The notes beneath the pieces are model-generated. The model made no database searches. It worked only from the letters and a program-made list of their open reading frames with translations, and had not been told where the DNA came from. Of a DNA stretch of 64,000 nt, positions 56,570-64,000 are shown one piece after another. The stretch comes from Gemmatimonadota bacterium. GTDB taxonomy: Bacteria > Gemmatimonadota > Gemmatimonadetes > Gemmatimonadales > GWC2-71-9. The stretch covers positions 35,362 to 99,361 of the forward strand of contig JAOTVV010000006.1 of the NCBI GenBank assembly GCA_029863245.1, written 5' to 3'. The position numbers and the translations under genes are program-made. Position 1 is the stretch's first letter. Each line of letters starts with the position of its first letter.

Positions 56570-57700
56570 TCAGTCTGTCGTTCGTGTCGAGGAGCCACCT
56601 GCGGCGTAGATTCGGCGTGCCGCGTCCCGTAAATCGGACCCGATCATGAGCAACTCGCCGACGTTTTCCAGCGTGAGCAATCCGACCAGAGTGTTGCCCC
56701 GCAGCACCGGAACACTCTGGCACTTGGCCTCTCGCATGCGCGACAGGACTCCGCGGAGCTCGTCGTCCTCGCTCGCGACCGGGCAATTCGGCTCCACCAC
56801 GTCGCCGACGGGCGTGCCAGGGCCCTTGTCCTTGACGGCCGCGACGAGCGTCGCTCGGGTCAGCAACCCCACAATGCGGTCGCCCTCGATGACCGGGAAG
56901 TCCTGCTGCGCTCCCGCGAGCAGAGCCTCGATGGCCTGCCCCAGGGTGTTGTCTCCCTCGAGAACCCGGTACCGGGTCATCATAGCGTCGCCCACGGTCA
57001 CGCCATCCAAGGCCGTCCGCATCTGGACCTGCCGCGACTCGGCCTGAGCGCCCAGATACACGAAGATCGCGATGAACACGAGGAAAGGATTGGGACCGAT
57101 CAGGCCGAGGAACCCAAAGACGATCGCCATGCCCTGGCCGACCGTCGCCGCCACCCGAGTGGACCGCGCATAGTCGAGTCGGTAGGCCAGCAACGCGCGC
57201 AGAATTCGCCCGCCGTCCATGGGGAACGCGGGTAGGAGATTGAACCCCACGAGCATGACGTTCACCCAGAGGAGCTGCGACGGCAGGTTGCCGCCGACCA
57301 CGGCGATCTCCTGCACCGGTCGGAGGGCGCCCCCCAGTGCCAACCCCAGAAACAGGAGCGCGGCGATCGCAACGTTCACCGCGGGGCCCGCCGCCGCCAC
57401 CAACAGCTCCTGCCGGGGTTCCGTCGGCATTCGCTCCAGCCGCGCGACGCCACCGATCGGCAACAGCGTGATGTCGCGGGTGCTGATCCCGAACCGTCGC
57501 GCTGTGAGCGCGTGACCCAACTCATGCAGAATGACGCAGGCGAAGACCGCCAGCACCAGCAGCACGCCTCCGACGATCGCCGGCAGGTTGGCCCCGCGAG
57601 CGACATGTACGACGATCACCCAGGCGATGAGGATGAGAAACGTCCAGTGTACTTGGATGCGAATGCCCGACACTCGACCGAGCTTCCAGGACCATCTCAT
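56570..57700 (-). CDS. Site-2 protease family (M50) zinc metalloprotease with CBS-domain pair
   Basis: Membrane N-terminal half with HELGHAL (HExxH) and NLLPAFPMDGG. C-terminal tandem CBS-like segments: VGDAMMTRYRVLEGD..., PVIEGDRIVGLLT, VPVLRGNTLVGLLT. Confidence 0.85.
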   Translation of the reverse strand: MRWSWKLGRVSGIRIQVHWTFLILIAWVIVVHVARGANLPAIVGGVLLVLAVFACVILHELGHALTARRFGISTRDITLLPIGGVARLERMPTEPRQELLVAAAGPAVNVAIAALLFLGLALGGALRPVQEIAVVGGNLPSQLLWVNVMLVGFNLLPAFPMDGGRILRALLAYRLDYARSTRVAATVGQGMAIVFGFLGLIGPNPFLVFIAIFVYLGAQAESRQVQMRTALDGVTVGDAMMTRYRVLEGDNTLGQAIEALLAGAQQDFPVIEGDRIVGLLTRATLVAAVKDKGPGTPVGDVVEPNCPVASEDDELRGVLSRMREAKCQSVPVLRGNTLVGLLTLENVGELLMIGSDLRDAARRIYAAGGSSTRTTD

Positions 57701-57838
57701 TCCGAAAACCCCCAGTTACCGGCGGACCTGCGCACACCCGAGATCATACCAACGTAGGGCCCTGCGGAAGATGAGGGCAACGATGCAGGCGCGCGCACCC
57801 TGAGACGCGGTGGCGAGGGGGGCGACGGTCCGCTGGCC

Positions 57839-60800
57839 TCAGGCCGAGCCTGCTGTTTCCCCGAGTGCGGACAGCAAGTACAGCATCACCGAGGCGTGCT
57901 CTTCTCGTACCCGTATGAGCAGATCCGCAACACGCCCGGCGTTCTCCTCACGGCTCTCCTTTTCGAGCGCTCCCAACAGTTCGTGTAACAGGGTCGCTCG
58001 GATAGTACCGGCCGCCGATTTGTAGGCGTGGGCAGCCTGGGTCACGCCCTCGACGTCATCCATGGCGGCGGCGCGCTCCAGCGTCGCCATTCGCTGCGGC
58101 GCATCAGCAAGGAAGAGCTCCAGCATTTCGTCGACGGCGTCGGCCGCCCCGGCCTCGCGCATGGTATCCTGAAACGCCGCGAGGTCGACGGCGGGGCGGG
58201 TCGAGTCAGCTGGCAGCACCTCGGATTCCCCTTCGGCGGTCTGCTCCCAGCCCTCGACGAGAGCAAACAGATCGTGCGGCTTAAAGGGCTTGACGAGGTA
58301 ATCGGTCATCCCGGCCGCACGGGCACGTCCCTGTTCTTCTTCGAGAGCGTGTGCGGACAGGGCGATGATGGGAACCGCTCCACCGGTAGGGAGTGCGCGG
58401 ATCTCGCGGGCAGCTGACAGTCCATCCAGCTCCGGCATCTGGAGGTCCATGAGCACCACGTCATACTCCTCGCGGCCCACTGCGTCGACCGCCTGGCGCC
58501 CGTTCTCCACCACGTCGACATCGTGTCCACGGCGCCGCAGCATCCTGGCGGCGACCTCCTGATTGACCGGGTTGTCCTCGGCTAGCAGGATGCGCAGACG
58601 CCGGCGGGCCTCCTCGATGGTGTAGCGCGTCACGAGCTGCGCGCCCTCATCGATCGTTCCCTTCCCCGAGAGGACCACCGCCGCCGCCTCGATCAAATCC
58701 GATCCGGAGACTGGCTTCGTGATGTAGCCCCGGATGCCGCGCTCCCGGCATCGTTCCGCGTCACCCCGGCGCCCCGCCGAGGTGAGCATCATCAGGCGGG
58801 TGTCCCCGAGCGCCGCATCTTCGCGGATGAGTTCCGCGAGCTGAAAGCCATCCCGCACGGGCATGTAGGCATCGATTACGGCCAGTGCGTATGGCGTCTC
58901 CTGCCTCGTCGCCTGACGTAGGGCGGCCAGTGCGTCGTCGGCCAACTCCTCCTCATGGACGACGGCCTCCGCCGCTTCGAGCATCCTCCGGAGGATTCGC
59001 CGATTGGTGGCGTTGTCGTCCACCACGAGCACTCGCGCGCCGCGAATCACCGCTCGATCGCGATGCACGGTAGGCGTCTCCTGATCGGGCACCTGCGGGA
59101 GCGAGAGCGTGAACCAGAACTCGCTTCCGCGACTGTCGTCGCTCCGCGCCATGAGCTCGCCACCCATGAAGTGAACGAGGCGACGCGAGATGGCCAGACC
59201 GAGCCCAGTGCCCCCGTAGCGACGGGTGGTCGACACGTCGGCCTGCGTGAACTCCTCGAAGATCGCCTCGAGCTTGTCCTGGGGGATGCCGATCCCGCTG
59301 TCCCGCACCGAAAACCGGATCTCTCGCTCACCATCCGAGGCCGGTGCCGCGCTGACCGTGACCACGATCTCGCCCTGGCTCGTGAACTTGATCGCGTTGC
59401 CGATCAGGTTGGTGAGCACCTGACGAATCCGGCTGGGATCGGAGCATACCGTGCGGGGCACCGCCGGTGACAGGTCGAGGATCAGCTCGACGCCTTTCTC
59501 GAACGCCCGCATCGCGAGCAACCGCACCACCGAATCCAACAGGGCGTGAAGGTCGAGGCTGATCTCCTCCAAGGTCACATGGCCTGCTTCGATCTTCGAG
59601 AAGTCGAGGATCTCGTCGATGACGTGAAGCAGCGATTCCGCGGACGTCCGGATCAGCTCGGCTGATTGGCGCTGCTCCGGGGTGAGTTCCGTATCGAGGA
59701 GCAGGTCGGTCATCCCCATGACCCCGTTCATGGGAGTGCGGATCTCGTGACTCATGTTGGCAAGAAACGCCGCCTTGGCCGCGGCCGCGTTCTCCGCCAT
59801 CTCACGCGCCTCCTCCAAAGCCGTCCGCGTGGCCGCTCGGTCGGTCACGTCCCTGGCCATCCCGCGGGCCCCGATGACTGCCCCTGACGCATCGCGCACG
59901 GGGCGTGCGGCATAGCTCAGGTGGCGAACCGACCCGTCGGCGTGGCGGTGAATCGTCTCGTAGTCACGGAGCTCCTCTCCGCGCAGCACCGTGCCGAAGG
60001 CCGCGAGATCCTGGTCCAGATAGTCCGGATCGACCACCTCGGCGAACGGACGTCCGACCATCGACACAGGCTCCCGCCCGTACACCCGCTCCGACGCCGT
60101 GTTGAGGAACGTCCACTTACCCTGACCATCGACCTGCCACACCAGGTCCGAAGCCGACTCGACCAACTCGCGGTACTGCTGCTCCGCCTCACGCATGCCA
60201 GCCTCGGCGCGCTTCATCGCCGAGATGTCGTCGTAGAGGACGAACCACGTACCGCGCCCGACGGCCTCACGAACGGGCGCGGCGGCCACCCGCACCCAGA
60301 CCAGCGACCCGTCTTTGCGCCGGCGCTGCACCTCCGCAATGACCGTCTCCCCGGCAGCTACGCGGTTTTCGAGTGCGCGGGCCACCTGCAGATCGCCCGC
60401 TGGGACCAGGAGGTCGTTCAGCTGGCCTCCCACGGCATCCTCCGGCGGGTACCCAAAGAGGCGCTCGAATGCCGGATTCGTGCCCAGGACGGTCCCATCG
60501 GAAGCCATGGCGACGAACGCGGTGGGGGCGCTGGCGAGGAGAGCCTCCAGGAAACTGCGCTCCTGCCGGGCCGCCGCCTCGCTCGATGCGAGCTCAGCGG
60601 CCGCCTGCAAGTACGCCACCAGTTGGCGGTGTGCCCGGTGGAACATGGTGGTCATCGTCCCGCCAAACAGGACGACCAGCAGGAATGCGATCACTTGGAG
60701 TCGCATGTTCCCGGCCGCGAGGATGCTGAGCGCGAGCGGCCCCATCAACGCGGCGGTCAGGCCGTAAAAGCTCCGGGCATCGGCCACGAGCGTATTCGTT

Positions 60801-61330
60801 GCGCCTGCCACGAACCCGGCAAACACCACCATGAGAAGGGCGAGATACTCGAACGGCAGGTCGACGACGACAACGGCAGGTCCGACGGCCCAGGCCAGAC
60901 CGGTGACTACGATGATGGCCCGGAGCATCCGGATGGCATAGGAGTACTCCGCCTGTGTCGCTGCCAGTCGGTGCCGAATGAAGAGCCTAGTGGCCGTCGC
61001 CGCCACGATGGCCACGAGCCACAGAAGGAGCGCAACGCGCGCGACATGGGGCCAGAAGAGCACCCCCATGAGCGCCGCGAATACCACGTGCATCACCTCG
61101 GCGGTGGGGCTCTCGGCCAGGAGGCGCGCCAGCAGGGCGTCGTGTACCTCCTTCGATGAGCGCTCCTGCTCGCGGCGGCTCTCAACGGCCACATCAGCCG
61201 CCTGCAGAAACGTCGCCCCTCCGGAACCCGGCCCGTCGAGCCTCGTCATCGCTTTGGATGCCTCAGTCGATCCCACATCGGTGTCCCCGGTGTGATGCCG
61301 GCCCCAGCCCGGCAGTGGCCAACCCACCAC
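57839..61330 (-). CDS. Hybrid sensor histidine kinase: multi-TM N-terminus, 2 PAS, HisKA, HATPase_c, 2 REC, HPt
   Basis: H-box LANMSHEIRTPMNGV, G-box GGTGLGLAIS. REC1 is VLVVDDNATNRR...VIDAYMP and REC2 is ILLAEDNPVNQE...VLMDLQMPELDG. C-terminal HPt motif AHAYKSAAGTIRA. The true start may be internal (for example ATG 61249). Confidence 0.85.
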   Translation of the reverse strand: MVGWPLPGWGRHHTGDTDVGSTEASKAMTRLDGPGSGGATFLQAADVAVESRREQERSSKEVHDALLARLLAESPTAEVMHVVFAALMGVLFWPHVARVALLLWLVAIVAATATRLFIRHRLAATQAEYSYAIRMLRAIIVVTGLAWAVGPAVVVVDLPFEYLALLMVVFAGFVAGATNTLVADARSFYGLTAALMGPLALSILAAGNMRLQVIAFLLVVLFGGTMTTMFHRAHRQLVAYLQAAAELASSEAAARQERSFLEALLASAPTAFVAMASDGTVLGTNPAFERLFGYPPEDAVGGQLNDLLVPAGDLQVARALENRVAAGETVIAEVQRRRKDGSLVWVRVAAAPVREAVGRGTWFVLYDDISAMKRAEAGMREAEQQYRELVESASDLVWQVDGQGKWTFLNTASERVYGREPVSMVGRPFAEVVDPDYLDQDLAAFGTVLRGEELRDYETIHRHADGSVRHLSYAARPVRDASGAVIGARGMARDVTDRAATRTALEEAREMAENAAAAKAAFLANMSHEIRTPMNGVMGMTDLLLDTELTPEQRQSAELIRTSAESLLHVIDEILDFSKIEAGHVTLEEISLDLHALLDSVVRLLAMRAFEKGVELILDLSPAVPRTVCSDPSRIRQVLTNLIGNAIKFTSQGEIVVTVSAAPASDGEREIRFSVRDSGIGIPQDKLEAIFEEFTQADVSTTRRYGGTGLGLAISRRLVHFMGGELMARSDDSRGSEFWFTLSLPQVPDQETPTVHRDRAVIRGARVLVVDDNATNRRILRRMLEAAEAVVHEEELADDALAALRQATRQETPYALAVIDAYMPVRDGFQLAELIREDAALGDTRLMMLTSAGRRGDAERCRERGIRGYITKPVSGSDLIEAAAVVLSGKGTIDEGAQLVTRYTIEEARRRLRILLAEDNPVNQEVAARMLRRRGHDVDVVENGRQAVDAVGREEYDVVLMDLQMPELDGLSAAREIRALPTGGAVPIIALSAHALEEEQGRARAAGMTDYLVKPFKPHDLFALVEGWEQTAEGESEVLPADSTRPAVDLAAFQDTMREAGAADAVDEMLELFLADAPQRMATLERAAAMDDVEGVTQAAHAYKSAAGTIRATLLHELLGALEKESREENAGRVADLLIRVREEHASVMLYLLSALGETAGSA

Positions 61331-61399
61331 CGACCATTCCGGGTCCTGGGGCTATCATCTACTATTCGGGCAACTTGCATCATACCTCAAGCTAGGCAT

Positions 61400-62809
61400 A
61401 TGGCACGCGTCACGAAAACCGTCCAGTTTCTCGGGGCCGCCGGGACCGTCACCGGATCCAAGCACCTGGTGTGCGCCAACGGCAGGCAGGTGCTCCTCGA
61501 TTGCGGCCTCTTCCAGGGACTCAAGGCACTCCGCGAGCGAAACTGGGAGGCGCCCGCCTTCGACCCAAGAAAGCTCGATGCCCTGGTCCTGAGCCACGCC
61601 CACATCGATCACAGCGGCTATCTGCCGTTGGTGGTCCGACGGGGATACCGGGGACCGGTCTACTGCACCCACGCAACGGCCGACTTGCTGCAGTACATGT
61701 TGACCGATTCCGCGTACCTCCAGGAGAAGCACGCCGCGCATGCCAACTACTTGGGCTATTCGCGTCACCGCCCCGCGTTGCCCTTGTATACGATGGCCGA
61801 CGCGCAGGCGGCCTTGGAGTTGCTCGTCCCACAACCGTTCGGGATGACCTTTCCCGTCACGCCGGGCATCGAGTCCACCTTCCGCACCGCCGGACATATT
61901 CTTGGCTCGGCGACCGTCGATACCGTCCTCGACGGCACGACGGGACAGACGCCGCTTCATCTCGTGTTTTCCGGTGATCTGGGGAGGTGGGGGCGGCCGA
62001 TCCTCCACGACCCACAGCCCGTACCACACGCCGATTACCTGCTCCTGGAATCCACGTACGGAAACCGCACGCACTCGCCCAACGTGGCCGACGACCTCAC
62101 GACGTGTGTGCGCACGGCGGCGGAGCGCGGAGGAGCGCTGCTCGTCCCCGCGTTCGCGGTGGGGCGCACCCAGGAACTGCTCTGGTGGCTGCGCCAGCTC
62201 GAGGATGAGGGACGGATACCGCGCTTACCCATCTATGTGGACAGCCCTATGGCCATCGACGTCACGGACACCTACCTCCGCCACACCGCGGAGCACGACG
62301 TCGATATGCGCCGGATCGAGAATCGAGGCCAACATCCCCTCTATCCGTCACACTTCACTTTGGCCAAGTCCCAGGAACAGTCGATGGCACTCAACGATCT
62401 CCGCGGGCCCATCATCATCATCTCCGCAAGCGGCATGGCCACGGGCGGGCGCATTCTCCATCACCTGAAGCTTCGCCTGTCGGATCGACGGACTACGGTA
62501 CTGCTGGTCGGGTTCCAGGCAGCCGGGACGCGGGGGCGGCGTCTCCAGGAAGGAGCCGACGAAGTCCGCATCCATGGAAAGGATGTGGTTGTTCGGGCGC
62601 AGGTCGACACCCTCGACGGGCTTTCAGCCCACGCCGATCAGGGAGAACTACTACAGTGGTTATCGGGGTTCGATGGACCTCCGAAAGGAATCCATCTCGT
62701 GCACGGAGAACCCACCGCGGCCGAAACCTTGGCGGCGGCGATCGAGACCCGATACGGATGGACGGCCCGGGTCGCCCAAGATGCGGCCACTGTTGAACTC
62801 ACCCCCTGA
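61400..62809 (+). CDS. Metallo-beta-lactamase-fold beta-CASP hydrolase (RNA-processing-nuclease-like)
   Basis: Track ORF 61292-62809, with the start at ATG 61400 (MARVTKTVQFLGAAGTVTGS). Motifs VLSHAHIDHSGYLP (HxHxDH), ESTYG and C-terminal SAHADQGELL. Confidence 0.85.
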   Translation: MARVTKTVQFLGAAGTVTGSKHLVCANGRQVLLDCGLFQGLKALRERNWEAPAFDPRKLDALVLSHAHIDHSGYLPLVVRRGYRGPVYCTHATADLLQYMLTDSAYLQEKHAAHANYLGYSRHRPALPLYTMADAQAALELLVPQPFGMTFPVTPGIESTFRTAGHILGSATVDTVLDGTTGQTPLHLVFSGDLGRWGRPILHDPQPVPHADYLLLESTYGNRTHSPNVADDLTTCVRTAAERGGALLVPAFAVGRTQELLWWLRQLEDEGRIPRLPIYVDSPMAIDVTDTYLRHTAEHDVDMRRIENRGQHPLYPSHFTLAKSQEQSMALNDLRGPIIIISASGMATGGRILHHLKLRLSDRRTTVLLVGFQAAGTRGRRLQEGADEVRIHGKDVVVRAQVDTLDGLSAHADQGELLQWLSGFDGPPKGIHLVHGEPTAAETLAAAIETRYGWTARVAQDAATVELTP

Positions 62810-62832
62810 GGACCGAGCCCCCTAGCAGGCAC

Positions 62833-62868
62833 AAAAAAAACCCCCGGTGCCCTCCCGTGCACCGGGGG
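62833..62868 (-). terminator. Strong intrinsic terminator reading on the minus strand (10-bp GC stem followed by U8)
   Basis: On the plus strand: A8 (62833-62840), CCCCCGGTGC (62841-62850), loop cctcccgt, GCACCGGGGG (62859-62868). On the minus strand the perfect 10-bp stem is followed directly by TTTTTTTT. On the plus strand no T tract follows the hairpin. Confidence 0.55.
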
Positions 62869-63161
62869 TAAGGGATTTCCCTCCGTAGCCTGGTTGTAAG
62901 CGCCACAAATCGGACTGGCGCAGGGCTTTGCCGATTTTCTGCCGGATTACATGCTCGACGATCCCGTTCGTCTTGCCTGCGGCCGACCTCAAAACCCCTC
63001 AGGCTGCGGCGGCGCCGCGAGCGCCGGCCCTTCCCTCAAAGGGCATTCCCGCAGTGGCCACCCATCAAGGATGACGGCTTACCTTACGCAGAAGCCTATG
63101 AAAATGGGGTGAAATCGGCCTGAATGCCGCTTCAGGCCTGGGCCGTTTCGCCCCGGAGCGC

Positions 63162-63189
63162 TTGACGGCAGGTCGGGTCGGGGCATACT
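63162..63189 (+). promoter_or_regulatory. Candidate sigma70-type promoter of the universal stress protein gene
   Basis: -35 TTGACG (63162-63167), a 16-nt spacer, then -10 CATACT (63184-63189). It lies about 65 nt upstream of ATG 63255. Confidence 0.3.
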
Positions 63190-63254
63190 CTCGCCTCGGG
63201 TGACCCGGACCGATCGAACGGATGCGCTGCCGGGCCCGATTGGAGTGGCTTCTT

Positions 63255-64000
63255 ATGACGTGGCATGCGGTTCTTGTCGGGGTTGATGCATCTCCGGCTG
63301 GCGGGCTGGCCGCAGCGTGCGGGTGGGCCGTGGCGGAAGCCGCCCGTGTGCCCTGTCATCTGGTGCATGCGGTCCGCGAGCCGTCGGGGCTCGCGCGCGC
63401 GGCGCGGGATTCCGCCGAACACCGTGTGATCAGCGAGCGTCTGGTCGCGAACGCCAGGGATATGGTGGGCGAGGTGGTTGGCTCCGCCGTCCCGGCCGCC
63501 ATGGAGTCACTGGAGATCCGGATCGGCAATCCGGGGTGGATCCTCGCGCAGGCGGTCAAGGAACGCGACGCAGGTCTATTGGTGTTGGGAGGAAAGCACC
63601 ACTCGGCACCCACGCGATGGTTTGGGGGCAGCACGGCCCATCACGCCGTGCGCGCCATCGACGTACCCCTCCTGGTTGCCGCCGCGCAATCGACCACCTT
63701 CGCACGCGTCCTCGTCGCAACCGATCTGTCGGACGCCGCCGCTGCGACCATTATGGCGGCCCAGTCCTTTGCCGGGCTGTTTGGGGCCACGGTTCGCGCG
63801 TTGCACGTCGTCGAGCCGCTCCCGTCAATTCCGGATGTCGGCATCGAGCCCGACGAGTGTGCGCATCTGGAGGTGGCCGAAGCCGAGACGAAGGCATCCC
63901 TGGCGGCGCTCGGCGTCGACCGCACCATCGAGGCCATCGTGCAGTGTGGTGCGCCGGCGCGCACGATCGCCGACCACGCGGCGGACTGGTCCGCCGACCT
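63255..64000 (+). CDS. Universal stress protein (tandem UspA domains), runs off the right edge
   Basis: Absent from the track because there is no stop in the window. My translation from ATG 63255 is MTWHAVLVGVDASPAGG...LLVLGGKHHSAPTRWFGGSTAHHAVRAIDVPLLV (Usp G-x2-G-x9-G-S/T motif). A second repeat follows: FARVLVATDLSDAAAATIMAA...VRALHVVEP. Confidence 0.75.
   Translation, partial: MTWHAVLVGVDASPAGGLAAACGWAVAEAARVPCHLVHAVREPSGLARAARDSAEHRVISERLVANARDMVGEVVGSAVPAAMESLEIRIGNPGWILAQAVKERDAGLLVLGGKHHSAPTRWFGGSTAHHAVRAIDVPLLVAAAQSTTFARVLVATDLSDAAAATIMAAQSFAGLFGATVRALHVVEPLPSIPDVGIEPDECAHLEVAEAETKASLAALGVDRTIEAIVQCGAPARTIADHAADWSAD

Noticed and set aside
62822-62992. 56-codon minus-strand TTG ORF (MRSAAGKTNGIVEHVIRQKIGKALRQSDL...) in the non-coding gap
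   Set aside because: - It starts 2 nt after its only purine-rich stretch, so there is no usable RBS spacing.
- It reads straight through the terminator hairpin and the U8 tract.
- It matches no family I know.
- I keep it only as a caveat to the sRNA hypothesis. It could be a small protein or a gene remnant.
63040-63120. GCCACTG followed by GGGAAGG on the minus strand, and GGTGAAATC on the plus strand, reminiscent of cobalamin-riboswitch boxes
   Set aside because: - The two motif fragments are on opposite strands.
- The remaining conserved B12-box elements are not present.
- There is no downstream gene on the minus strand to regulate.
1-64000. Search for rRNA, tRNA, CRISPR arrays, transposases, integrases, phage genes and toxin-antitoxin pairs
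   Set aside because: - No cloverleaf-like or rRNA-like segment was seen in any intergenic gap.
- The only repeat with regular spacing is the coding K/A/P repeat.
- No ORF has DDE, tyrosine-recombinase or serine-recombinase motifs.
- A tRNAscan, Infernal or ISfinder run would be needed to exclude them formally.

Overview
The window is a GC-rich bacterial chromosomal segment (roughly two-thirds G+C by eye, not computed). It is densely coding, and many neighbouring genes overlap by 4 nt (ATGA/GTGA). I support about 50 protein genes.

By eye I found no rRNA, tRNA, CRISPR array, transposase, integrase or phage genes. Many long ORFs in the supplied track are alternate-frame or antisense shadow ORFs of the kind expected in high-GC DNA.

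Gene content is a mix of four kinds:
- Housekeeping: gyrA, thyA-folA, rnhA, dCMP deaminase, selD and an EF-G paralogue.
- Transport: an NSS symporter, an APC permease and a CPA1 antiporter.
- Secreted hydrolases and lipoproteins.
- A very large signalling block.

Points worth a second look:
1. A four-gene operon at 34128-37921 encodes two D-Ala-D-Ala-ligase-like ATP-grasp ligases, a GNAT acetyltransferase and a KamA-family radical-SAM 2,3-aminomutase. I cannot assign it to any named pathway. It looks like a beta-amino-acid (beta-lysine?) peptide or conjugate system.
2. selD is split in the ORF track because it carries an in-frame UGA exactly at the catalytic Cys/Sec position, followed by SECIS-like hairpins. 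It is a selenoprotein.
3. An operon at 27305-32617 encodes a membrane protein, a lipoprotein, a geranylgeranyl-reductase-like flavoprotein, a squalene/phytoene-synthase-like enzyme and an FAD-linked oxidase.
4. A co-directional signalling block of about 13.5 kb (47820-61330) encodes three giant sensor kinases with about 15 PAS domains in total, two response regulators and an M50/CBS protease.
5. Two canonical hairpin+U8 terminators point antisense to their neighbouring genes. One of them closes a ~390-nt non-coding region that may encode an sRNA.
6. There is a histone-H1-like K/A/P-repeat protein.
7. A REC-GAF-GGDEF gene is translationally coupled to a zinc-ribbon Ser/Thr kinase.

The taxon cannot be determined from the sequence alone. 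The gene styles are compatible with Gemmatimonadota- or Acidobacteriota-like bacteria, which is a low-confidence inference.
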